Below, one piece after another: positions 47,615-55,790 of a DNA stretch of 64,000 nt. A program made the position numbers and the translations under genes. The stretch covers positions 115,821-179,820 of the forward strand of contig JBBAAF010000001.1 in NCBI GenBank assembly GCA_041658425.1. Reading direction: 5' to 3'. Under the pieces are notes generated by a model that worked only from the letters and a program-made list of their open reading frames with translations, made no database searches and was not told the origin of the DNA. Origin of the DNA: Bacteroidales bacterium (GTDB taxonomy: Bacteria > Bacteroidota > Bacteroidia > Bacteroidales > UBA12481). Every line of letters starts with the position of its first letter. Position 1 is the stretch's first letter.

Positions 47615-48671
47615 ATTTGATCAGGTAGCGGAGTGAGATCAGGTTAGAATATTGGCCGATTGAAAGGTCACCCACATCTGTAAGGGCATAATCGATATAA
47701 ATATTACGGTATTGGATTCCGACTCCGAGGTTGGGTTGCAGATTCAGGTTATTATTACCGTTCATCCCTGGCACCAGCTGAAAGTTCCCTACCCCAACCC
47801 GGGCAAATAGCCAGGTTGAAAACCGTAGTTCGCCTCCGACATAAGGATCAATTCCGATCGGGCCAAGAGGCAGGATAACATGACGCCGTCCATCGAATGT
47901 AAAATGGGTATCGAAAGCAACTGCCACCCTGAGTTGGTCATTTATTCTGAAATCACGTGAAGCCGCCAGAATCAGCCGGGGTACGGTTACCTCCAGGCTA
48001 TTGACAGGAAGCTCATTGCCAGTTAGCTCGAATGCCTGGGCCAGCAAATCCTTTTTAAAACTCCAGGCATTGAATGTGCCTGAAATATCGCGGGCAACGG
48101 CCGACAGACGCCAGTTAGAAACCGAATAGCTAGCAGCTGCATCGATTCCAAAACCCCAGGCTTTTGCAAATCCCCCGGTATGGCGATAGACCAATTTAAG
48201 ATTGGCTCCTGCCTGGAGCCCTGTGATTTTCATCTTCCGCGCATAGGAGACCAGAATTCCCAGATCTGCAGCAGAGAAGCTGGTTATCCGGTCGTAGCGT
48301 ATATTCCCCTCCTGATCAATTAGTTCGAGTGTATTTGGGATATCATCCACAGCAAAGCGGATTAGAGACAGACCGATGGCACTGCCAGGATCGAGTTTAT
48401 AAGCAACCCCGCCATAATCATATTTAGCCAGTCCGGCAAAATATTCTGAATGCATCAGGCTAAAATCCAATTTACCCGGAATATCGATCAACCTGGATGG
48501 ATTCCAGTATCCGGCGGTAACATCATCGACCATGGCGGTACCGGCGCCACCCATTCCCATCAGACGTGCCCCGGCTCCGATGGACAGAAATTCATTGGAG
48601 TATTTCACTTGTGCAGATGCTACACCACTAATTAGCAGCCACATTGAAATCACCCATCCTAATTGTTTCAT
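47613..48671 (-). CDS. Outer-membrane beta-barrel protein, PorV/PorQ-like (T9SS-associated family)
   Basis: 352 aa with a signal peptide. N-terminal segment FLSIGAGARLMGMGGAGTAMVDDVTAGYWNPSRL resembles the PorV/PorQ family start as I recall it. Alternating beta-strand pattern; ends in an aromatic-rich strand. Confidence 0.6.
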   Translation of the reverse strand: MKQLGWVISMWLLISGVASAQVKYSNEFLSIGAGARLMGMGGAGTAMVDDVTAGYWNPSRLIDIPGKLDFSLMHSEYFAGLAKYDYGGVAYKLDPGSAIGLSLIRFAVDDIPNTLELIDQEGNIRYDRITSFSAADLGILVSYARKMKITGLQAGANLKLVYRHTGGFAKAWGFGIDAAASYSVSNWRLSAVARDISGTFNAWSFKKDLLAQAFELTGNELPVNSLEVTVPRLILAASRDFRINDQLRVAVAFDTHFTFDGRRHVILPLGPIGIDPYVGGELRFSTWLFARVGVGNFQLVPGMNGNNNLNLQPNLGVGIQYRNIYIDYALTDVGDLSIGQYSNLISLRYLIK

Positions 48672-48751
48672 ATCAAATTTTACGATTAGATTCCCAAGAT
48701 AAGTAAACTAACCTTTTTAACTATTTTTATGCCAATTTATTGCCCAAATCT

Positions 48752-49498
48752 ATGAAACGGATTGTTCGAAACATCGCTCAACAAATCCCCAATACACTTA
48801 CGCTGCTCAATCTGCTGTGTGGATCGCTTGCTGTATTGCTGGCACTTCGCGGATATATCCGGGAAGGAGCTATTTTTGTATTGCTGGGTTTCATTTTTGA
48901 TTTGTTTGACGGTTTGGCTGCCAGGCTGCTGAAGGCTCAATCGCCCATCGGCAAGGAGCTTGATTCGCTGGCTGATCTGATCACTTTCGGTTTGGCGCCG
49001 GCTGCATTGTTATTCGGTATCCAGGAGCAGCTTGGCGAGGGCGGGCCATTTTCACTCACACAACCTGCCGGAACCATTATACTGCGTTTACTTCCATTTC
49101 TTTTACCCGTATTTGCCGGATTGCGGCTAGCTAAGTTTAATATCGATGAGCGGCAATCTCATCAATTTATCGGACTGCCAACCCCGGCTAACGGGTTAAT
49201 GGTACTCGCACTCCCGCTGGTGATGCACAGTCAGCCGAATTCTTTTCTGATCGTTTGGTTGAATAACGATCTGTTTGTACCCCTGTATTCGGTAATCGTT
49301 TCATACCTGATGGTTAGCCCGCTTCGGCTTTACTCAATGAAAATCAAGGGATTTGGCCTTAAGCAAAATAAATACACCTACTTGTTTGCGGCTATTGCCC
49401 TGTCCTTGATCATCATCTTTTGGTACACAGGATTATTCATCTCCATTCCGGTATACATTTTATATGCCGGAATTCTGGCGATTGCAGTCAAGGAGTGA
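48752..49498 (+). CDS. pssA: CDP-diacylglycerol--serine O-phosphatidyltransferase
   Basis: CDP-alcohol phosphatidyltransferase motif DGLAARLLKAQSPIGKELDSLADL. The tracked ORF starts at TTG 48740; the first ATG is 48752. Confidence 0.85.
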   Translation: MKRIVRNIAQQIPNTLTLLNLLCGSLAVLLALRGYIREGAIFVLLGFIFDLFDGLAARLLKAQSPIGKELDSLADLITFGLAPAALLFGIQEQLGEGGPFSLTQPAGTIILRLLPFLLPVFAGLRLAKFNIDERQSHQFIGLPTPANGLMVLALPLVMHSQPNSFLIVWLNNDLFVPLYSVIVSYLMVSPLRLYSMKIKGFGLKQNKYTYLFAAIALSLIIIFWYTGLFISIPVYILYAGILAIAVKE

Positions 49499-49501
49499 TG
49501 C

Positions 49502-49621
49502 TCAATCTTCCTTATCGGGCAGATGCGATTCAAACTTTTTCAGAGCAAATCTTATAATATAATAGGCTGCCACAATCAGAGCAGGCCAGGAGAGCAGCCA
49601 GAGAATTTGCTTAATATACAT
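49502..49621 (-). CDS. Candidate 39-aa single-pass membrane peptide downstream of cydB (CydX/CydS-like position); not in the ORF track
   Basis: Hand translation gives MYIKQILWLLSWPALIVAAYYIIRFALKKFESHLPDKED followed by TGA. It has one hydrophobic helix then a charged tail. It is on the same strand as cydB, 45 nt downstream, and fills the gap up to the convergent pssA stop. Confidence 0.45.
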   Translation of the reverse strand: MYIKQILWLLSWPALIVAAYYIIRFALKKFESHLPDKED

Positions 49622-49663
49622 GATTAGTTAAGAGTTACGAGTGACGAGTGACAAGTGACGAGT
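49622..49663 (-). repeat. 7-nt periodic word array between cydB and the small ORF
   Basis: The minus strand reads CTCGTCA CTTGTCA CTCGTCA CTCGTAA CTCTTAA CTAATC and then the ATG. That is six in-register heptamers. Confidence 0.75.
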
Positions 49664-49666
49664 TTG

Positions 49667-50800
49667 TTAATAAAGATGATCTTCTGTTTTAAGTTCTTCG
49701 CGGTTGATTTTCTTCTTGTTCATTGACCACCAGGCGTACCACATATATGCTATTACAAAAGGCACCATAAGTGAAACATACGACATTGTCGTCAGGGTGA
49801 ATTTGCTGGACGATGCATTTTCTATGGTCAGTGATGATTGAAGATCGAAAGAGGACGGGTAGAAAGCGGTATGATTAAATCCGGCGATAAGGAAGAGGCT
49901 CATTACGGTTAGGATGGTTCCCGATCCGACAAACCAGATTCCTTTGGTGCACTTATTTTTCAGAAGTGAAATCCCGATTCCATAAAGAACACCGACAACA
50001 CCGATGAGGAGTATAGCCAGAACCAGTGGCATATCCAGAAAATTATGAAGGTATTTGTATGGTTCCAGATGGACTATTTTGGTTTCCGGGTTATATGCAT
50101 ATCCATCGATAAACATTAGCCGGACGAGGAAAAAGAGGAAGAATACCAGGAATGGGACGGTATTGATCAGGAGGTGCCTTTTCGATCTGGTAAAGATTGT
50201 TTCTTCGTCGACGTTATTCATAAAATAGAGGGTTGCCAATATTCTTGAGAGAAAGAAAACAGCAAGGCCGAGCGATAGGTTTTGAATGTTGAGAGCCGCT
50301 TCGAGTCCACGTGCAGGACCTTCCCAGGTAACCTGATTCATCGTATTCAGAGAAAACTGGGATCCGGTAAAAAATGTCCCTACCGCTGTACCAATCAGGA
50401 TAGTACCCAAGAGACCATTGATATACAGGAAAGCCTCGTAGGTCTTTTGTCCGAGGAAATTACCGGCTTTTGTCCGGAACTCATAAGAGACGGCCTGAAT
50501 AATGAACGCGAACAGGATTAATATCCAAACCCAGTAAGCACCGCCGAAACTGGATGCATAGAAAAGCGGAAAAGAGGCAAAAAAAGTACCGCCGAAGGTC
50601 ACCAGGGTGGTAAAGGTGAATTCCCATTTCCGTCCGAGAGAATTAACCAGGATGGTGCGTTCGGTTTCGTTTTTCCCCAGGTTTCCGAGCAGCGTTTGCC
50701 CGCCTTGAACAAACATCAGGAAAACCAGTACACTGCCTAATAGTGAAACGATGATCCACCAGTATTGCTGTAAAACGAGGTGTGACAGAGTTTCAAACAT
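49667..50800 (-). CDS. cydB: Cytochrome bd quinol oxidase subunit II
   Basis: 377-aa polytopic protein. Its start overlaps the cydA stop by 1 nt. Confidence 0.9.
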   Translation of the reverse strand: MFETLSHLVLQQYWWIIVSLLGSVLVFLMFVQGGQTLLGNLGKNETERTILVNSLGRKWEFTFTTLVTFGGTFFASFPLFYASSFGGAYWVWILILFAFIIQAVSYEFRTKAGNFLGQKTYEAFLYINGLLGTILIGTAVGTFFTGSQFSLNTMNQVTWEGPARGLEAALNIQNLSLGLAVFFLSRILATLYFMNNVDEETIFTRSKRHLLINTVPFLVFFLFFLVRLMFIDGYAYNPETKIVHLEPYKYLHNFLDMPLVLAILLIGVVGVLYGIGISLLKNKCTKGIWFVGSGTILTVMSLFLIAGFNHTAFYPSSFDLQSSLTIENASSSKFTLTTMSYVSLMVPFVIAYMWYAWWSMNKKKINREELKTEDHLY

Positions 50801-52365
50801 TACTTGGTTCCTCCTTCATTTTTAGGTCCGTGTTTAATTGCTTTAACCATGATATTCACTTCAGCGATTGCCAAAACAGTAAAGGTGACTGCGAACAGGA
50901 TGAATGTCACCATGACAGTTCCGGTATCCAGTTTAGTTACCGCGGCCACTGTCGGCAACAAATCCTGGACTGTCCAGGGTTGCCGTCCGAGTTCCGCAAC
51001 AACCCAGCCTGCCTCAGAGGCAATATAAGCCAGCGGAATAATCCATGGGGCCAGCCAGAGCCAGAATTTCCTTTGTGGCAATTCGCCGCGTGCTGAGAAG
51101 AAGAGGAAGAGAGCAAAGAACACCATGAATCCGAATCCCAGGATCACCATAATATGGAAGCTATAGAAGGTGAGCGGCACATTAGGGACATAGTATTTCA
51201 CCTCATCATTGAATCCGTATCCGAAGTATTTAAAATTATTATCCAGGAATGCTTTATCATAGAACTTTGCCTTTAAGCTATCGGCCTTAGCCAGGTTTCC
51301 GGCCGACTGAGCATTTTTAAAATCGGTGAGGGTTTGCCGGGCTATCTTTCCACGTTCCACCTTTTCGGGTATAGAAAGAATTCCCTGTCCTGCATTACCT
51401 TTTGTGAAATCGTTGATCCCTGCAACAAAATGCTGCGGATCGCTATAGGCAAGCCAGGAGAGCAACTTCGGCATTTCCAGTTTAACTGCAAATGCCTCAC
51501 CTGCTTCACGTTTCTCCTTACCATTTAAAATTCCGACAGCCACCAGGCCGGCTTCGTTTTTCCCGTTGTAGAGGCCCTCCATGGCAGCGAGCTTCATCGG
51601 CTGGACCTCTGCTATTTGTTTAGCCGATCCGTCTCCCGTGAGGGCCAGTGAAACCGAAGCCAGCAGGCCGAAAACCGATGCAACTGTAATACTGCGGAGA
51701 GCCATCCGGGTTTCCCGTTTCTTTAGCAGAAACCAGGCACTGACACCGATAACAAAAATCGACGCCAGCACCATTCCCGATGTAATGGTATGGAGGAATT
51801 TATTGACAGCAACCGGTGAAAGGAGGACATCCCAAAAGGAGGTCATTTCATTGCGGGCTGTTTCAGGGTTGAAAGCTGTTCCCGTGGGATTCTGCATCCA
51901 GGCATTTGCGACGAGTATCCATAGGGCTGAAAGGTTTGCACCTATGGCTACCAGCCACGACGAGGCAAGATGGAATTTTTTGCTCACCTTGTTCCATCCG
52001 AAAAACATGATTGCGATGAAAGTCGACTCCATAAAGAAGGCCATAATTCCCTCGATCGCCAGCGGCGCTCCGAAAATATCACCGACAAACCAGGAATAAT
52101 TTGACCAGTTCGTACCGAATTCAAATTCCAGAATGATACCTGTTGCAACTCCGATGGCAAAATTGATCCCAAAAAGTTTCATCCAGAACCTGGTTATCTT
52201 TTGCCACTCCGGATCACCGGTTTTCACGTAGATCGTTTCCATCATGGCTATTATCCAGGTGATCCCAAGTGTCAGTGGTACAAAAAGCCAGTGGTACATG
52301 GCAGTCAGGGCAAATTGTGCCCTCGACCAATCGACCAGCGTTGACACATCAAAAGAGCTTATCAT
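50800..52365 (-). CDS. cydA: Cytochrome bd quinol oxidase subunit I
   Basis: 521 aa. Conserved segments FALTAMYHWLFVPLTLG and GWVVAELGRQPW, plus a Q-loop region. Confidence 0.9.
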   Translation of the reverse strand: MISSFDVSTLVDWSRAQFALTAMYHWLFVPLTLGITWIIAMMETIYVKTGDPEWQKITRFWMKLFGINFAIGVATGIILEFEFGTNWSNYSWFVGDIFGAPLAIEGIMAFFMESTFIAIMFFGWNKVSKKFHLASSWLVAIGANLSALWILVANAWMQNPTGTAFNPETARNEMTSFWDVLLSPVAVNKFLHTITSGMVLASIFVIGVSAWFLLKKRETRMALRSITVASVFGLLASVSLALTGDGSAKQIAEVQPMKLAAMEGLYNGKNEAGLVAVGILNGKEKREAGEAFAVKLEMPKLLSWLAYSDPQHFVAGINDFTKGNAGQGILSIPEKVERGKIARQTLTDFKNAQSAGNLAKADSLKAKFYDKAFLDNNFKYFGYGFNDEVKYYVPNVPLTFYSFHIMVILGFGFMVFFALFLFFSARGELPQRKFWLWLAPWIIPLAYIASEAGWVVAELGRQPWTVQDLLPTVAAVTKLDTGTVMVTFILFAVTFTVLAIAEVNIMVKAIKHGPKNEGGTK

Positions 52366-52366
52366 A

Positions 52367-52394
52367 GTTAAAAGGTTAGAGGTTAGAGGTTAGA
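52367..52394 (-). repeat. 7-nt tandem array (GGTTAGA x3 plus a degenerate unit) at the DUF4492/cydA junction
   Basis: The minus strand reads TCTAACC TCTAACC TCTAACC TTTTAAC T then the cydA ATG. The array also encodes the last residues and the stop of the DUF4492 ORF. Confidence 0.8.
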
Positions 52395-52619
52395 ATGTGT
52401 GAGATTTTCGAGAACGTGCCGGGAACGTTGCTCATCGGTTTTATAATTTTTCTTAAGGACGTCTGGCATGAAAAAAAGACGGATGACCACAAACAAGATA
52501 AAAAGTTTGATCAGGATGATGATCCATACGCTGCGCCCCCATACTGAAAGATCCTTAAATCCATCGATATAGAAGCGCCAGACTTTGTAAAGGACCGATC
52601 TTTCAGATTTCTTCGGCAT
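52383..52619 (-). CDS. Small membrane protein, DUF4492-like, first gene of the cyd operon
   Basis: 78 aa with one TM helix (VWIIILIKLFILFVVIRLFF). The position directly upstream of cydA matches my recollection of DUF4492 in Bacteroidales. Not searched. Confidence 0.6.
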   Translation of the reverse strand: MPKKSERSVLYKVWRFYIDGFKDLSVWGRSVWIIILIKLFILFVVIRLFFMPDVLKKNYKTDEQRSRHVLENLTHSNL

Positions 52620-52662
52620 AAAAGGTTTTTGCGAGTGAATGTATAGAATTATCCCGAATGTT

Positions 52663-55608
52663 TCAAAATTCAGATAACATTACAGACCCTTTAAAAGAAT
52701 CACCTTTTTTCAGGGGCTTTCGTTCCTTCTGATGATGACTGGCGAAGAACATATCTCCTCCACCGGTGAAGAACGAGGCCACGAGCATGTGGATTTTATC
52801 ATTCCCAACCCAAGCCCGAACGGCATGGCTTCCGTCGGATTCGATGCGAATACCCTGATTGGATCCGTTCGTCAGTTCGGCCCACTTGATTTTTTCACGG
52901 GTAGCGCGGAAATCATTGGATCCCATTGGGGTTTGGTCGGTCGACCAAGGCCATTCAGGCTTGATGCCAAATTTAAAGAGGTTATTTTTCCCATCGGGGA
53001 AGGGTTTTGCCCAGCCGGAAGGCCGGCCAATATGGTCATCGGGATAAACTGACCATTGGGCGATCCGATCCCAGGAAAGCAACTCATATTCACGGGGCAC
53101 ACCGAAAACCAGCCCGATCTGGCGTGGATCGATATCTGTTTTACTGATAAGTTGATAATCAATATGTACGATACCAACCGAATCCAGGCGATAAGTCAAA
53201 ACAACATCGGCTTCATCATAGGTTCCTTCAACTTTTATCCATGGGCCTGATTTATCCGTTCCGGAACCGGAGATGCGGCCTTTCCAATTGGTACAGGTGT
53301 TATTCAAAGGCTGGATATCCAGGCTATGTTCGGTATTGCATGGACCGGTTGTGAGCGGCAGCATTTGCAGGATCGGGCCATCAACCGGAATCTCGTTTTT
53401 GGAAACCGTAAGGCTCACAATCTGCCCCGTCATTGCATCAATTACAATCTCTTGGCTTCCGGATTTCATCATCACCTGCCTGCCCTGGATTACCAGTTCA
53501 GGAGCACGCTTGTCCCGCTTAGGCTGCAATACTTCTGCCAGTGATTTTCCAATGTTAATTTTGTATAAATCAACAATATATTTCTGCGGACTGAAAATCG
53601 ATATTTCCAATTCATCACCATCCTTTGGGGTTTGTGACGGAGAAATAGACAGGATGCCTGTTTGGCCGGGTTCAGCCCAAACGGTAGCAGCCCCCTGCTG
53701 ATTGCCCAATTTCCAACGGAAAGCCACTTCATTAAGGTTAGTAAACAAATACCTGTTTTCGACCGGGATGCGGATTGGCTGGCCGGTTTTAGGCAGAAGC
53801 AGGTTATTTACTGCAATTTTCACCGGGGAATAGGCTTTCTTCACGTGCCAGTACTCGGGTTTCGGCCTCCGCCATCCATCGATCGGCCCCCACTCACCAT
53901 ACCCTATCAATTTTCCCGATGGCAGGTAAAAAGCATCATCGATTCCTGACCAGATCGCACCGCCCAGGCATCCCTGGCTATGATACATATTTTCGACCAT
54001 CGGTTCGAGGCCCCGGCCCCAGTCGTCGCGTACACCAGGATCAGCAACGATTTCCTGCCGGTTGTAGCAATTCAGATGGCAGTATTCTCCGAACAATAGC
54101 GGCCGGTCAAACTTTCGGGCTATATCAGGACCGGGAGGACCCGGGTAATGTATAACAGCGATCTGGCAATCCTTGCTGCCAGCATTTTTATATCCGCCAT
54201 AGGCCTGATCATGGAATGAGACCGGCCGGGTTGGATCTAGGCGGTTAAGCTCCTCAAGAATGGTTGCCCAGATAGGCCCCCAGGTAGATTCATTGGCCAT
54301 CGACCAGATCAGGATCGAAGGATGGTTGCGATATTGAGCCACAGTTTCCAGAACTTCCCGGCGTATCATGGCAAGTAAATTCTGATCATGCGGATTTGCG
54401 TTCTGCCAATGCAGGTTAGCTCCATGTCCGACCCAGCAAAGCGGTGATTCGCACTCCACAAAAAAGCCAACTGAATCACATAAAGAAATAAACTCTTCGG
54501 CAGGGGGATAGTGGGAAGTTCGAATGTAGTTGACGTTGGCCTCCTTGAACAGCATAACATCTGCCCTCCATTCACCCATTGACAAGCTGCGACCTTTGGT
54601 GGGGTGAACTTCATGGCGGTTAACGCCAAGCAGTTTGATCGGGTGTCCATTCACAAAAACCTGATTGCCGGCTACCAGAATTTCCCGGAAGCCGATTTTT
54701 TGCAGGATGGTTTCGGTGATATTTCCCTTGTTTAACAGGCGGATCTCAACCAAATACAGATGAGGATGCTCCGGATCCCATTTATCCGGATTAGATACTC
54801 TCAGATTTAGTTGTTTCCGCAGAACCAAAGCTTCAGCAGGCCAATCGAGATTAAATGATTTGGTGATGACTTTCCTATTGGTTGCTGAAACCGGCGACAG
54901 AACGACTTCAATTGTTGATCCGGCCAATGACCCTTTCTGTATTTTACTGATTTCTAAATCGATATTAAGATCAGCATCGACAAATTGTTCATCGAGATCG
55001 GTTGATAGATTGATTTGCGATAGGTGAACTTCGGGAACTGCAAAGATTTCTATTTTCCGGGTAATGCCACCCAACTGATGAGCAGCATATTGTGTTGCAG
55101 AAGCCAGGGTATCGGCTAGGGATTCACTAATCAGTCCGATAACAAGGTCGTTGGATTTTCCCGTGTGGAGGAGTGCGGTGAGATCAAATTCGGCCGGGGT
55201 AAAACCTCCCTCATGGGTACCAGCCGACCTGCCATTGACATAAATTACAGCATCGCTATAGAGTCCATCGCATTTTATTATTATATGGCTCCCTTTCCAA
55301 TCGGCTGGTATGTCAACTTTTTTCCAGTATGCTGCCCGGGTGTTGGGTGCAACGGTAAACCCTTGCATCAGCCATTCACCCGGCATCCTGATTGGTGACC
55401 AGGATAGTTTTTTCGGGTTCACGGATTCCCAGAAGCCCTTTTTGGGTGCAGGGCAGAAACTCCATCCTCCGTTCAGATTAATCAATGGCGTTACAACACC
55501 CTGAACCTGAACTGGTTTTGGGGTATATGCAGGTACCGGGAGATCTTGTGCCTTCAAACTTGCAGTAAACAAGAACAATAATGAGATGAGCATGAACCTT
55601 GACTTCAT
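52663..55608 (-). CDS. Glycoside hydrolase family 2 enzyme (beta-galactosidase-like), secreted
   Basis: 981 aa with signal peptide MKSRFMLISLLFLFTASLKAQ. GH2-like segments VNYIRTSHYP, WSMANES (acid/base region) and LFGEYCH (nucleophile region). Confidence 0.8.
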   Translation of the reverse strand: MKSRFMLISLLFLFTASLKAQDLPVPAYTPKPVQVQGVVTPLINLNGGWSFCPAPKKGFWESVNPKKLSWSPIRMPGEWLMQGFTVAPNTRAAYWKKVDIPADWKGSHIIIKCDGLYSDAVIYVNGRSAGTHEGGFTPAEFDLTALLHTGKSNDLVIGLISESLADTLASATQYAAHQLGGITRKIEIFAVPEVHLSQINLSTDLDEQFVDADLNIDLEISKIQKGSLAGSTIEVVLSPVSATNRKVITKSFNLDWPAEALVLRKQLNLRVSNPDKWDPEHPHLYLVEIRLLNKGNITETILQKIGFREILVAGNQVFVNGHPIKLLGVNRHEVHPTKGRSLSMGEWRADVMLFKEANVNYIRTSHYPPAEEFISLCDSVGFFVECESPLCWVGHGANLHWQNANPHDQNLLAMIRREVLETVAQYRNHPSILIWSMANESTWGPIWATILEELNRLDPTRPVSFHDQAYGGYKNAGSKDCQIAVIHYPGPPGPDIARKFDRPLLFGEYCHLNCYNRQEIVADPGVRDDWGRGLEPMVENMYHSQGCLGGAIWSGIDDAFYLPSGKLIGYGEWGPIDGWRRPKPEYWHVKKAYSPVKIAVNNLLLPKTGQPIRIPVENRYLFTNLNEVAFRWKLGNQQGAATVWAEPGQTGILSISPSQTPKDGDELEISIFSPQKYIVDLYKINIGKSLAEVLQPKRDKRAPELVIQGRQVMMKSGSQEIVIDAMTGQIVSLTVSKNEIPVDGPILQMLPLTTGPCNTEHSLDIQPLNNTCTNWKGRISGSGTDKSGPWIKVEGTYDEADVVLTYRLDSVGIVHIDYQLISKTDIDPRQIGLVFGVPREYELLSWDRIAQWSVYPDDHIGRPSGWAKPFPDGKNNLFKFGIKPEWPWSTDQTPMGSNDFRATREKIKWAELTNGSNQGIRIESDGSHAVRAWVGNDKIHMLVASFFTGGGDMFFASHHQKERKPLKKGDSFKGSVMLSEF

Positions 55609-55685
55609 GTTAAGTTTTACTTTGGTTTAGGATACTAAGATAGGCAAAATGGTGACTGAGGATTTCAAGGGACCCGGATGAGATT

Positions 55686-55766
55686 CGAATTAAGAATTCT
55701 GAAGTTGAAGATTCAAGTTGAGGAAGAAGGATGAAGTTTGATTCAGATTTCTGAGTTTGATATTGG
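55686..55766 (+). repeat. Degenerate 6-7-nt periodic purine/T-rich tract in the GH2 / cytochrome-FGE divergent region
   Basis: The tract reads ATTCGA ATTAAGA ATTCTGA AGTTGA AGATTCA AGTTGA GGAAGAA GGATGAA GTTTGA TTCAGA TTTCTGA GTTTGA. It has almost no C on the plus strand. Confidence 0.5.
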
Positions 55767-55790
55767 ACGGTCTGTGGTCAATTTATTATC

